Assembly (NCBI GenBank): GCA_963674825.1
Contig: OY771587.1
Coordinates: forward strand, 1,216,001-1,280,000
DNA: 64,000 nucleotides
Reading direction: 5' to 3'
From: Candidatus Cloacimonadales bacterium
Lineage (GTDB): Bacteria > Cloacimonadota > Cloacimonadia > Cloacimonadales > JAIOQZ01
A model generated the notes under the pieces. It made no database searches, was not told the origin of the DNA, and saw nothing but the letters and a program-made list of their open reading frames with translations. How positions within the stretch are numbered: the stretch's first letter is position 1; each line of letters starts with the position of its first letter. A program made the translations under genes and the position numbers. Below are positions 18,177 through 27,498 of the stretch, piece by piece.

Positions 18177-20417
18177 TTATTCAGCTGTTACGCGATAGAA
18201 GTATTTTGTCGCGCCGGGAGCCGAGTCGATAAACGAGTTTGTTGACGATGTGTCGTAGATTGTGAAGCCGTCATCGGGCTGGTTGGAACGATAGATTTTA
18301 TAAGTCGTCGCACCAGTTACAGCCTGCCAGGTAATGTGCATGTCACCGCTAACTTCTTCAATAGTTATATCCAGCGGTGCATCGAGCTGGCCAAGCACAT
18401 TGAGCGTAAGCGGAATCCTGTAGTTACCATTATAAGAGCCATTGTGAACGATCACAAGCTCACCTTCTTTCATTGCGCCACCAGAAAGACCCGCTGCGTC
18501 AAATTCAAGCCCGAGGTTGATCGAGTCGCGTGCATAGCCGCTGATCGTACCCGAGGCATTGGATGTGATAGATACCCATGTTTCGGTCGCTTCGAGCTCC
18601 ATCGCAAAGATGAAGTCACTCGGCGTTCCCTGCGTCATACCGATCAAGACACGCTTTCCGTAAACGAGGTCGGCAGAATAGGCAGAACCGCCAGCCATCT
18701 GAGTAGAGCATCCGCCAACAAGTGGAACGTTATAAGTATTGCCTGTCAGGGTTCCGGCTGTAGGATCGATTTCGATAAACGTCGTCGAATATATACCCGA
18801 CTGGTCAAATGCCCAGAGTGTTCCGGATACTGGATCGTAAGACATACCGTAAGCAGCGTCCGCTCCGGGTGAAGCGATCACTTCGAGAACATTGCCGGCA
18901 GTATCGAATTTCACGATAGCGCTGCTGAAGCTCTTGGTATAGAAACCCTCGCCCGGTACATAAGCCAGCGCGCGGATACAGGTCACACCGCCAAAATTGG
19001 CAGATGTAAATGTGAACAGAATCGTCTGTTCACCGGTAGCGGGATTGATTCTTACAAACGAAGTTTCGTTACCCGCATAGAGGTACGTACCATCGTATGC
19101 CAGGTCACGAAGACCCCAGCCGGTAATAGATGAATCTTGTTCCCAAGACTGAATCAGGTTACCGTCGGTATCCAGTTTGTAGATATAGTTGGGATCGGCA
19201 TCGCTACCTGCGCCAGTTGCGTAGAAAAAGCCATCGGCATATTCGATGCCCAGAAGCTGAGTTTCGCTTGTAGGCGTACCTGCATCGAGTTCGAAGACCA
19301 CATCGCCCACTTCACGTGAGAGTGTCGGATTGCTGACAATGGTCGGAACTGTATCGGTGTTCGGATCGCTATTGCGATTCATGGTAGTTTCCGTTGCATC
19401 AGGATCGAAGGCTAACGCAGGTGCGAAGAAATTCAGATAAGCGTTATATTCCAGCGTTCCCGGGCCATCATTGGATAACTGCACAACAGAAGCAGTAGTT
19501 GCTTCGGGATTGAGGTCAACCGAGACCGATGCCGGGTTGGAGCTGATTTCCGCCCATTGAAGGAAGAAATTATGCGTGGTAGTACCACCGTCGACCACTT
19601 CAACCGAAGACGCTTCATCGAAGAAGTAACCGCCATCGGGGCCATAGCAATCGAGGTCATAGGTTCCCACATACACATCATTGAATTGGAAGAAACCATC
19701 TGTCGAAGTGATGACGTACGTACTGCCGCCAAGAACGACATATGCACCTTCGATCGGCGTTGTTGAGTTGTACTCGTAAACGTGACCTTCGATGTTACCG
19801 GTAGCCGCTTCCGGAGCTTCCGCATAGACGCTGGTAAGCCACTCGTATGCGGCAGAACCGTTGTCATACAATACCCAGCTTCCAGCTTCGCCGACATACG
19901 AGTGAATCGGGTAGCCGGTGCCACGGTTTGTGGAGCAGCTCGATGGGAATCCTGTCTCACTGACGGGGACAACGGCGAGATAGAAGTCGTCGTTTACAGT
20001 AACAGGAGTAAGAGCAAGATTCTTTACAGTCTGAGTAGGATAAGCCGATGCATGAACAGTTTCAGACTGATACAGAACAGTCGATCCATCCACATCGTAA
20101 ATGACCCAGTAGAATTCATCGCTATCCCACGGATAGGATGAATGTTCGTAGAAATACGTTGTCAACTGTGTAATGGTTACCGGATATTGAAGCCCGAAAT
20201 CGGTTGTCATTTGAAACAGCGTCGCGCGTTCAGGTGTTGGCCAGTTCAGGTTGGTCAATTCTGAAGCATCCGCATAGTAGTAGTATTGATATTCTCGAGA
20301 TGTTTCTTGCGAAGGACGTTGCGCAAGGTCCACATCTTCAACAGGAGCTTCAGTGATCGCCAAGAGTGCGGAAGTCAAAAGGAAAAACAAGACAATTACA
20401 ACATTGAACCTTTTCAT
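18177..20417 (-). CDS. Secreted multidomain protein: carboxypeptidase-regulatory-like Ig, beta-propeller, C-terminal FN3-like domain
   Basis: Signal peptide; GNIEGHV..PIEGAYV..TSTDGFFQF..GTYDL; propeller repeats LRDLAYDGTYLY, AYGMSYDP; tail ITWQAVTGATTYKIYRS..YFYRVTAE; RBS AAGGAGG. Confidence 0.75.
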   Translation of the reverse strand: MKRFNVVIVLFFLLTSALLAITEAPVEDVDLAQRPSQETSREYQYYYYADASELTNLNWPTPERATLFQMTTDFGLQYPVTITQLTTYFYEHSSYPWDSDEFYWVIYDVDGSTVLYQSETVHASAYPTQTVKNLALTPVTVNDDFYLAVVPVSETGFPSSCSTNRGTGYPIHSYVGEAGSWVLYDNGSAAYEWLTSVYAEAPEAATGNIEGHVYEYNSTTPIEGAYVVLGGSTYVITSTDGFFQFNDVYVGTYDLDCYGPDGGYFFDEASSVEVVDGGTTTHNFFLQWAEISSNPASVSVDLNPEATTASVVQLSNDGPGTLEYNAYLNFFAPALAFDPDATETTMNRNSDPNTDTVPTIVSNPTLSREVGDVVFELDAGTPTSETQLLGIEYADGFFYATGAGSDADPNYIYKLDTDGNLIQSWEQDSSITGWGLRDLAYDGTYLYAGNETSFVRINPATGEQTILFTFTSANFGGVTCIRALAYVPGEGFYTKSFSSAIVKFDTAGNVLEVIASPGADAAYGMSYDPVSGTLWAFDQSGIYSTTFIEIDPTAGTLTGNTYNVPLVGGCSTQMAGGSAYSADLVYGKRVLIGMTQGTPSDFIFAMELEATETWVSITSNASGTISGYARDSINLGLEFDAAGLSGGAMKEGELVIVHNGSYNGNYRIPLTLNVLGQLDAPLDITIEEVSGDMHITWQAVTGATTYKIYRSNQPDDGFTIYDTSSTNSFIDSAPGATKYFYRVTAE

Positions 20418-20526
20418 GAGTACCTCCTTTGATATTGGTTAATTTTTGCAATAGTTTAAGTATGCTGTCAAGTAAATCGGTGTCGCGACCACCCATTATT
20501 TTCCATTCATAATATATATTGAATAA

Positions 20527-20571
20527 AGAAACGCTCTGCACAGCCCCTCACCGTGCAGAGCGAATTCTTTC
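20527..20571. terminator. Terminator hairpin downstream of the Spy-like gene
   Basis: CGCTCTGCAC ... GTGCAGAGCG with A/T-rich flanks. Confidence 0.6.
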
Positions 20572-20581
20572 TGGTTATGGT

Positions 20582-21112
20582 TTAGAAACGTTGATTGTGA
20601 TGGCCCTGTCCTGAGCCCATCGGTGTTTCACCACCGCAATTTCCTTGATCTTTATGCATACCGCGTCCACCATGCATACCTTCGCGATCACCACGCATTC
20701 CAGCATGAGCAATCGTTTTAAGATATTCCTTCTGTTGGTCGGCGTTCAGTTGCTTGTAAATCTGCGACTGCATATCGATTCTCTTTTCCTGGAGATCTGC
20801 ACGCTTGTCGCTGATCTTGCGGGATATCGTCTTGGCGTCGCTGAATTTTCCGTCCTTCATTGCGTCGCGAAGATCGATTTCAAGCTTGTCTATAGCCGCG
20901 TGGATATCGATCGTCTGCTTTCTATGTGCGCTTTGGATGTCTTGAATTGCCTGTTCCTGCTGTTCGCTGAGGTTCAGCGTCTGCATGAATCCACCGCGTT
21001 GGGGTCCGTCACAGTCTTCGAGATTACCACATGGTCTTTCGTCATCCGCCGTGAGAATTGCTGTGAAAAGCATCATCACGATTACCATTGCCAGTGTCAT
21101 ATACCGAGTCAT
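20582..21112 (-). CDS. Spy/CpxP-family periplasmic chaperone-like protein
   Basis: Signal peptide; LNLSEQQ and LNADQQ (LTxxQ-like); Gly/His/Met-rich tail. Confidence 0.75.
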   Translation of the reverse strand: MTRYMTLAMVIVMMLFTAILTADDERPCGNLEDCDGPQRGGFMQTLNLSEQQEQAIQDIQSAHRKQTIDIHAAIDKLEIDLRDAMKDGKFSDAKTISRKISDKRADLQEKRIDMQSQIYKQLNADQQKEYLKTIAHAGMRGDREGMHGGRGMHKDQGNCGGETPMGSGQGHHNQRF

Positions 21113-21124
21113 TATTTCCTCCTT

Positions 21125-21550
21125 CTAATCGGTAAAGGGTCTATCTTTACGGTTTCTTGGGTGATTTTTCATATGCTCGAACATTTCTTTGCGCTGTTCG
21201 GGCGTCAGGTTTTTACGTGCCTCGATCATAGTTTTCCCGATGTTCAGCTCAAGATCTTTCAATAGATCAATCGAACGATCGAGTTTGATCTGTAATTCTT
21301 CATCTGTAATATTTGGATCGTGCAGAGACGACATGAAATCATCCTTTGCAGTATGGAAACGTTCCCGGCAACCTCGCACAGCTTCTTTGTTCTGTTGGAT
21401 AAAATCCAGAAACTCTTTCGGAGGCTTCGGAGGGAAGTTCGGTGGGAATTCTGGCCTGGAAATATACCTGTGGTACACAAATGAGCCGAGAAATGCCAAA
21501 TTGAATGCCAGTGATATAATAACCAAGATCGTTAAGGTCCTGTTGCTCAT
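21125..21550 (-). CDS. Periplasmic heavy-metal-sensor (ZraP-like) protein
   Basis: N-terminal TM ISLAFNLAFLG; C-terminal LTPEQR. Confidence 0.7.
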   Translation of the reverse strand: MSNRTLTILVIISLAFNLAFLGSFVYHRYISRPEFPPNFPPKPPKEFLDFIQQNKEAVRGCRERFHTAKDDFMSSLHDPNITDEELQIKLDRSIDLLKDLELNIGKTMIEARKNLTPEQRKEMFEHMKNHPRNRKDRPFTD

Positions 21551-21936
21551 CCTTCTACCCCCGTATCGAAACTGTAGAGTGTTTCAGTTCCCATTGTGAA
21601 GTCGTTATACTGACTGCTGTTGCTGGTGGCGATTTCACTGCTGGTAATGACACCAAGGAACAACGCTGCTGCTGCCGAAGCAGCCAGGGCAAACCGGCCA
21701 AACCAACCCAGACCCCTGAACGCTTTGCGTCGCGGTATTGCCAGGATGTTCTCGATCGCACGCGTCGAAACAGCCTCTTCTTCATACTGTGACAGGAAAT
21801 CATTCACCGATACAAGCTCATCGAGCTCCCTGCGGCAATCCGCGCACATATCCAGATGACTGCTAACCTCTTCCGGGTTCTCCAGTTCGCCATCCAGGTA
21901 GGCGTTCAGCTTGTTTCTGATTTCATCACATTTCAT
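21547..21936 (-). CDS. Zinc-finger (zf-HC2) membrane anti-sigma factor
   Basis: MKC..L.AYLDGEL...HLDMCADC; single TM. Confidence 0.85.
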   Translation of the reverse strand: MKCDEIRNKLNAYLDGELENPEEVSSHLDMCADCRRELDELVSVNDFLSQYEEEAVSTRAIENILAIPRRKAFRGLGWFGRFALAASAAAALFLGVITSSEIATSNSSQYNDFTMGTETLYSFDTGVEG

Positions 21937-21978
21937 CTTTCACTCCCCGGTCGGCTACTCGTTCCGACCAACACACTT

Positions 21979-22488
21979 TCAGACATCGCCCTTTGCGAAA
22001 TCCTGCGATAAATATTGTTTCAGCTTCCGCTTCGCTCTAATCAGCAGCGAATCCACGGCGGATACTGTCGAGTCCATTACCTCGGCAATTTCCTGATAGC
22101 TCTTGTTCTCGTAATACTGGAGATTGAGCGCAGACGCCTCTCGTTCGTTCAAGCGCCCTATCGCATCGCGCACCAGCGCATTCTTTTTCTCGCGCATCTG
22201 CTGTTCGGGGTCGAAGACCTTCTCGCTGGCCTGCAGAAGTTCCGGCATTTCCAGCTCCGTATTGCGACCGCGCTTTTTGATCAGATTCAACGCTTTGTTG
22301 TGTGCGGTGCGATACAGATAAGATTCAAAGTAGTCTTCATCCACCTTCGGCATTTTGTCATAGAACGACGCAAACACCTCCTGCAGAAGGTCTTCCGCAT
22401 CCTCACGGTTACGTACCATTCGCATCAGGTAGTTGTACAGCTTTTGGCTGCATTTGGACACTATTGTCTCAAATCGATCTCTCTTCAT
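21979..22488 (-). CDS. ECF RNA polymerase sigma factor
   Basis: DAEDLLQEVF, YLYRTAHN, SYQEIAEVM..TVSAVDSLLIRAKRKL; ATG 22488 with GGAG RBS chosen as start. Confidence 0.92.
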   Translation of the reverse strand: MKRDRFETIVSKCSQKLYNYLMRMVRNREDAEDLLQEVFASFYDKMPKVDEDYFESYLYRTAHNKALNLIKKRGRNTELEMPELLQASEKVFDPEQQMREKKNALVRDAIGRLNEREASALNLQYYENKSYQEIAEVMDSTVSAVDSLLIRAKRKLKQYLSQDFAKGDV

Positions 22489-22626
22489 GAACACTCCGAA
22501 CCTATAGACAACACCAACCCAAAATACCTGCAAAGAATTTATTCGTCAACATTCGATACTCTTAACCTTCAGCAGTTATCAATCGAAAAGGAATGGCTTG
22601 CCGATAGCCTAAGGGCATCAATAAAG

Positions 22627-22660
22627 AAAGCCCCCTTAGCCAATAGCCAAGGGGGCTTTC
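22627..22660. terminator. Terminator after potD
   Basis: GAAAGCCCCCTT...AAGGGGGCTTTC. Confidence 0.75.
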
Positions 22661-22679
22661 GAATAATTTGAGATGGAAG

Positions 22680-23738
22680 CTATTCCATCATGGAGTTACC
22701 ACGCATATCTTCCCAGAGCTTGTCGATCTTGATGATCTCTTCGCCGATGTCCTTGAGCGGATAGCTTTTGCTAAGGAAATCGTCATCCGGATAGATGATC
22801 GTATCTTCGCGAACTTCGTCCGGAAGGATTTCGAATGCAGCTTTATTGGGAGTAGCATACTGGACGTACTCGGCGTTTGCGGCTGCAACTTCGGCTTCGT
22901 TCAGGAAATTGATAAACTTGTAAGCGAGCTCTTTGTTTTCGGCATTTTTAAGGATAACCATGGAGTCGATCCACAGGGATGCACCTTCCTTGGGAAGAAC
23001 GAATCCAATTTCCTCGTTTTCAGCAATGATTTGAAGGGCGTCGCCATTATAGATCTGCGCCAACCATGTTGTTCCGTCCTGAATCTCGTTCTTGGCTGAA
23101 TCGGAATCGAACTGAGAAATATTCTTGTCCCACTCTTTGAGTATCTCGCGTGCTGCGGCGAGGGCTTCGTCGGAGGTCTCGTTTACCGAGTAACCAGCCG
23201 TAACCAGCGCAGCGCCTACCACTTCGCGAACATCGTCGAGCATGGTAACAACGTTTTTACCATTGTATTTCGGGTCTCCCAGCTTGTTCCAGGAGGCTCC
23301 CTGCATCTCTTCGTCCGTAATATATTTGCGGTTGTACATCAATCCACAGGTTCCCCAGAAGTAAGGGACGCTGTATTCGTTCGTCGGGTCGAACGTGGTC
23401 GCCTTGACAAGGATCGATTTATCGAGGTTTTCCCAGTTCGGTAGCTTCGATTTATCCAGCTTTTCCAGCAGATCTTTCTTCATCATGATCGCGACGTGAT
23501 CGCCACTTGGAACCGCGATGTCGTAAGATGCTTCAGAATTCAATATCTTCGTGAGCATGTTTTCGTTGGAATTGTAGGTGTCGTAAATGACCTTGCAATT
23601 GTACTTTTCTTCAAACTGTTTGATAAGTTCCGACTCAATGTAATCTGTCCAATTAAATACGTACAGTTTCTGCTGAACCGTCTTGCCGCATGATACCAGC
23701 ATGACGGCTACTGTCACAATTAAGATGAACCTCTTCAT
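22680..23738 (-). CDS. potD: Spermidine/putrescine ABC transporter substrate-binding lipoprotein
   Basis: Start MKRFILIV..LVSC; LYVFNWTDYI, YNSNE, YDIAVPS, PYFWGT, PKEGASLWIDS. Confidence 0.85.
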   Translation of the reverse strand: MKRFILIVTVAVMLVSCGKTVQQKLYVFNWTDYIESELIKQFEEKYNCKVIYDTYNSNENMLTKILNSEASYDIAVPSGDHVAIMMKKDLLEKLDKSKLPNWENLDKSILVKATTFDPTNEYSVPYFWGTCGLMYNRKYITDEEMQGASWNKLGDPKYNGKNVVTMLDDVREVVGAALVTAGYSVNETSDEALAAAREILKEWDKNISQFDSDSAKNEIQDGTTWLAQIYNGDALQIIAENEEIGFVLPKEGASLWIDSMVILKNAENKELAYKFINFLNEAEVAAANAEYVQYATPNKAAFEILPDEVREDTIIYPDDDFLSKSYPLKDIGEEIIKIDKLWEDMRGNSMME

Positions 23739-24601
23739 TTGTTTTTCTCCTTTTCCATGAGTTTTGTATATACTTTGAGAGCGTTGTCGTGAAACACCGC
23801 TTTCCAAAAGTCGTGCGGAATGAGCATTTCGACGAACCGGATATAGGAAGCAAGCGGAACCAGCGGCCAGTCGGAACCATAGAGGATTTTGTCGTAGCGA
23901 TCGCAGTAGATCAGCGCTTTGCGGAAGTGATCCATGAACAACGGTTCGTTCATGAAACGCTTGACCTTGCTGGAATCGCCCACGATCAATCCCGAAAGAT
24001 CGGCATACACGTTGTCGTTCTTGTAAACGACCTCGGCGGTTTCCATTACCCACGGATCACCCAGATGGCTGATCACGATGCGCACCTCTGGATGATGATA
24101 CGCCACTTCATCAATCGCCATCGGGTTGGCAAATTTGAGCAGCGCTCTCGGGCCGTAGGTATCACCGCTGTGGATCGCAACGGGAAGATCGTACTTCTCC
24201 GCCAGGAGATAGATCGGCTTGTAAACCTCATCCGTCGGATACGTATGATAATACCCGGGATATAGCTTGAAACCGACGACTCGATCATCCTCGAGCGCAG
24301 CTTCTATCTCTTTCAACGATTTCTCGTCCAGACGATAGGGATTCACGCCAATGCAGGTGTAGAGGTTATCCGGAAGCTTGTCGTCGAGATCCAGAAGCAT
24401 CGGATTGGATGCACTCTGATCCGGGAACCCCCATTTGCGATTCTCGATAAGTCCCATTCCGATAACCGTCTTAACCCCACTGCGCATGCATTCGCCGCGC
24501 AGTCCTCTTTCCGAATACAGCGTATGGACGATACGGTCGGCAGTCTCTGCAAACCGTTCGATCTTCGAGAAATGGATATGGGCGTCGATTATGTCATACA
24601 T
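23735..24601 (-). CDS. Amidohydrolase family 2 metallohydrolase
   Basis: IIDAHIH, GFKLYPGY, PVAIHSG, ISHLG, LYGSDWP. Confidence 0.88.
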   Translation of the reverse strand: MYDIIDAHIHFSKIERFAETADRIVHTLYSERGLRGECMRSGVKTVIGMGLIENRKWGFPDQSASNPMLLDLDDKLPDNLYTCIGVNPYRLDEKSLKEIEAALEDDRVVGFKLYPGYYHTYPTDEVYKPIYLLAEKYDLPVAIHSGDTYGPRALLKFANPMAIDEVAYHHPEVRIVISHLGDPWVMETAEVVYKNDNVYADLSGLIVGDSSKVKRFMNEPLFMDHFRKALIYCDRYDKILYGSDWPLVPLASYIRFVEMLIPHDFWKAVFHDNALKVYTKLMEKEKNK

Positions 24602-24768
24602 CGTTATTCTCCAATGTGAATTTGTCCTTATCAGGGTTCACTGTCAAGGAAAATCGATGTGGGACAAGAACTTTGCCCATATGGTCTTAATCCCATTGAT
24701 TGCATTTCAGTTGAGATAATGACACTTGATTAGTTGGATATTGACAACAGACTTGAAAAAGTGTCAGT

Positions 24769-24796
24769 AAAAAGGGGCCTCCAAAGAAGCCCCTAA
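24769..24796 (-). terminator. Terminator after P5C dehydrogenase
   Basis: AAAAAGGGGC..CC...GAAGCCCCT hairpin with A-run. Confidence 0.55.
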
Positions 24797-24818
24797 ATTT
24801 TATCCGATCGACGACGCG

Positions 24819-26444
24819 CTAGCCCAGGAAGGGATACTTGTAGTCGGTCGGCGGGTTATAGGTTTCTTTGATGGTTCTGGGATTGACCCAGCGCATGAGG
24901 TTGGAGAGTCCGCCGGCCTTGTCGTTGGTGCCGGAACCGCGCGAGCCACCGAAGGGCTGCTGTCCGACAACCGCACCGGTCGGCTTGTCGTTGATATAGA
25001 AATTACCCGCAGCGAAGCGCAGCTTGTCGAGCGCTATCATGGTGGCGTAGCGATCATTGGAGAAGATGGCCCCGGTGAGTGCATACGGCGAGGTCTGATC
25101 GCAGAGTTCGAGTGTCTCTTCGTATTTCCCATCCTCGTACACGTAGATGGTGATGACCGGGCCGAAAATCTCTTCACGCATGGTGACGAAGTTAGGATCT
25201 TTTGCCAGAATGACGGTCGGCTCGACGAAGTAGCCTTTCGATTTATCGCCGTTACCGCCGATGATCACTTCCGCGTCGTCGGAGGTCTTGGCTTGCTCGA
25301 TGTAGCTCATGATGCTGTCGAACGACTTCTCGTCGATGACGGCGTTGACGAAGTTGCTGAAATCGAGCGGATCGCCCATCTTGATCTCACCGGTCATGGA
25401 TTCTACCAGCGGAAGGATGTCGTTCCAGATGGATTTTGGGATATAGCAGCGGGAAGCTGCGGAGCATTTCTGACCCTGATATTCGAAAGCGCCACGGACG
25501 ATCGCGGTCGCGACCTGTTGCGGCTCAGCCGATTCATGGACAAAGATGAAGTCCTTACCACCGGTCTCGCCCACCAGGCGCGGATAGGAGCGCAATGGGC
25601 CGAGGTTGTGTGACACGGTTCTCCAGATGTGGTTGAAGGTGCTGTTCGAGCCGGTGAAATGAACGCCGGCAAGTTCTGTGTGCGCCAACGCAATTCGACC
25701 GATCATAGAGCCGCTTCCGGGCAGGAAGTTGATCACGCCGTCCGGCATTCCCGCTTCCTGATAGACCTTCATCAGGTAGTAGTTTGATAGCAGCGCCGTA
25801 GTAGCGGGTTTCCAGATGGTGACGTTGCCCATCAGCGCGGCCGACATATTGAGGTTCGACGCGATGGCTGTGAAATTGAACGGCGTAACCGTCATCACAA
25901 AGCCTTCCAACGGCCGGTATTCCATACGATTGAGCTGGTCGGTACCGGAATTAGGCTGATTCGCGTAGATCTGCGTTGCGAAATAGGCGTTGAAACGCAG
26001 GAAGTCAATGGCTTCGCAGGCGGAATCGATCTCGGCCTGGAAGGCGTTCTTGCTCTGACCAAGCATGGTGGCGGCGTTAATGAGCCAGCGGTACTTGGTG
26101 GAGAGCAGATGCGCGGCACGGAGCTGAATGGATACGCGCTCAACATAAGGCAGATCCATCCACTGTTTTTGCGCCTTGATCGCGGTCTCTATCGCCATCT
26201 TGACTTCGGCTTCACCCGCTTTGTGATAGGTCGCCAAAACATGTTGGTGATCGCTGGGCATAACTACGGTATCGGTATTGCCGGTGCGGATTTCCTTGCC
26301 GCCGATAATCAGCGGGATTTCGATCTGGGTAGCATGTTGCCGTTCCAGTTCCTGTGTCAGAAATTGTCTTTCGTTCGAGCCCGGCGCGTAGGAAAGGATG
26401 GGCTCATTCTTGGGCATTTCCAAGTGAAAGATTGCATTGTTCAT
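24819..26444 (-). CDS. pruA: L-glutamate gamma-semialdehyde (P5C) dehydrogenase
   Basis: NEPILSYAPGS, QAEIDSACE, PFNFTAI, FTGS, GETGGKDF, FEYQGQKCSA, EEIFGPV, QQPFGGSRGSGTNDKAG; start ATG 26444 with GGAGG. Confidence 0.95.
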   Translation of the reverse strand: MNNAIFHLEMPKNEPILSYAPGSNERQFLTQELERQHATQIEIPLIIGGKEIRTGNTDTVVMPSDHQHVLATYHKAGEAEVKMAIETAIKAQKQWMDLPYVERVSIQLRAAHLLSTKYRWLINAATMLGQSKNAFQAEIDSACEAIDFLRFNAYFATQIYANQPNSGTDQLNRMEYRPLEGFVMTVTPFNFTAIASNLNMSAALMGNVTIWKPATTALLSNYYLMKVYQEAGMPDGVINFLPGSGSMIGRIALAHTELAGVHFTGSNSTFNHIWRTVSHNLGPLRSYPRLVGETGGKDFIFVHESAEPQQVATAIVRGAFEYQGQKCSAASRCYIPKSIWNDILPLVESMTGEIKMGDPLDFSNFVNAVIDEKSFDSIMSYIEQAKTSDDAEVIIGGNGDKSKGYFVEPTVILAKDPNFVTMREEIFGPVITIYVYEDGKYEETLELCDQTSPYALTGAIFSNDRYATMIALDKLRFAAGNFYINDKPTGAVVGQQPFGGSRGSGTNDKAGGLSNLMRWVNPRTIKETYNPPTDYKYPFLG

Positions 26445-26791
26445 TTTTCCTCCAAAAATTTTGCTTTTTCTTTGGAGCAAGAGCTTTACTCTCGCCTTTC
26501 CAAACGGGAGGCGGATCGGTTTCCCAATACACCCTATCGGTATGATTCCATGCGGCATGAGGCCGTTTAGGCGATTCATACTCGGCGATAGCGTCATTCA
26601 TTCTTTCAGGCTCTTCTTGTCAAGCCCAGTGTGCCATACTCGTTTAACATATCAACCCAAGCTTGATCCCTGGCAACTTTCCTCTGAAGCAGAACAAATC
26701 CAATTCATTATTAACCCTTGACACGTTCCAAGCATCTATCAAGCTCCGATTTCATGGCAACATTCTCCACCAGAAATATAAAGGATGAAAC

Positions 26792-27358
26792 ATGACCAGA
26801 TTCAGCATATGGCTTATTGTCGTCTCAACATTCATCATGGCAGTCGCAATCCTCTTCTTCCCCGAGTACGATATCGTTGTGTCTTTTGGCATCCGGATCA
26901 TCGCAATGATCGTTGCGATGTATTTCGCAATTCAGTTCAAGGAGTGGCGTCTCTTACCTCTGGCCGCCATGTTTCTCTTGATGGCCTTCAGGCAGGCGAT
27001 GACATTCCTCATCTGGTGCAAAGTCATGGACAACTCAGCATACGTCAAATCGCTCAGTGAGCTTCCTGGAAACATTGTCACCCTATTGGGATTGAGCTCC
27101 ATCTGCTACCTGGGTTATCTGATCTCCCAGAAGAACAAAGTCATCCACACACAGAGCTGCCAGATCAACCAACTGAAAGACCTGCTACCCATCTGCTCTA
27201 AATGCAAGAAAGTACGCAACGACGACGGCTACTGGCAACAGATCGATTCGTACATCGAACAACATACGGATACAGAATTCAGTCACGGCCTGTGCGATGA
27301 TTGCATGAAAGAGCTATACGGAAAAGAACCTTGGTTCAAGGATAAGAAGAAGAAATAA
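26792..27358 (+). CDS. Membrane protein with C-terminal Cys-rich 'LPICxxCKKIR..GYW..SHG.C..C' signalling domain
   Basis: About 4 TM helices, then LLPICSKCKKVRNDDGYWQQIDSYI..FSHGLCDDC. Confidence 0.75.
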   Translation: MTRFSIWLIVVSTFIMAVAILFFPEYDIVVSFGIRIIAMIVAMYFAIQFKEWRLLPLAAMFLLMAFRQAMTFLIWCKVMDNSAYVKSLSELPGNIVTLLGLSSICYLGYLISQKNKVIHTQSCQINQLKDLLPICSKCKKVRNDDGYWQQIDSYIEQHTDTEFSHGLCDDCMKELYGKEPWFKDKKKK

Positions 27359-27498
27359 TCCATCCGCATTCCATCCAACAGGTGGTTTTCAGAATTATTG
27401 CTTTTATTGATTAAAATTTTCTATTTGACACCATTCAACTTCCTATTGTATTTTATCTTTGTGATTCCGATATGCAATTCCGGCATTAGGGAGGCATC

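Noticed and set aside
23739..24053. 105-aa N-terminal extension of potD in the ORF track
   Set aside because: Lies inside the amidohydrolase gene; the lipoprotein signal and GGAG RBS place the start at 23738
26445..26597. N-terminal extension of P5C dehydrogenase
   Set aside because: Family similarity and the GGAGG RBS begin at ATG 26444
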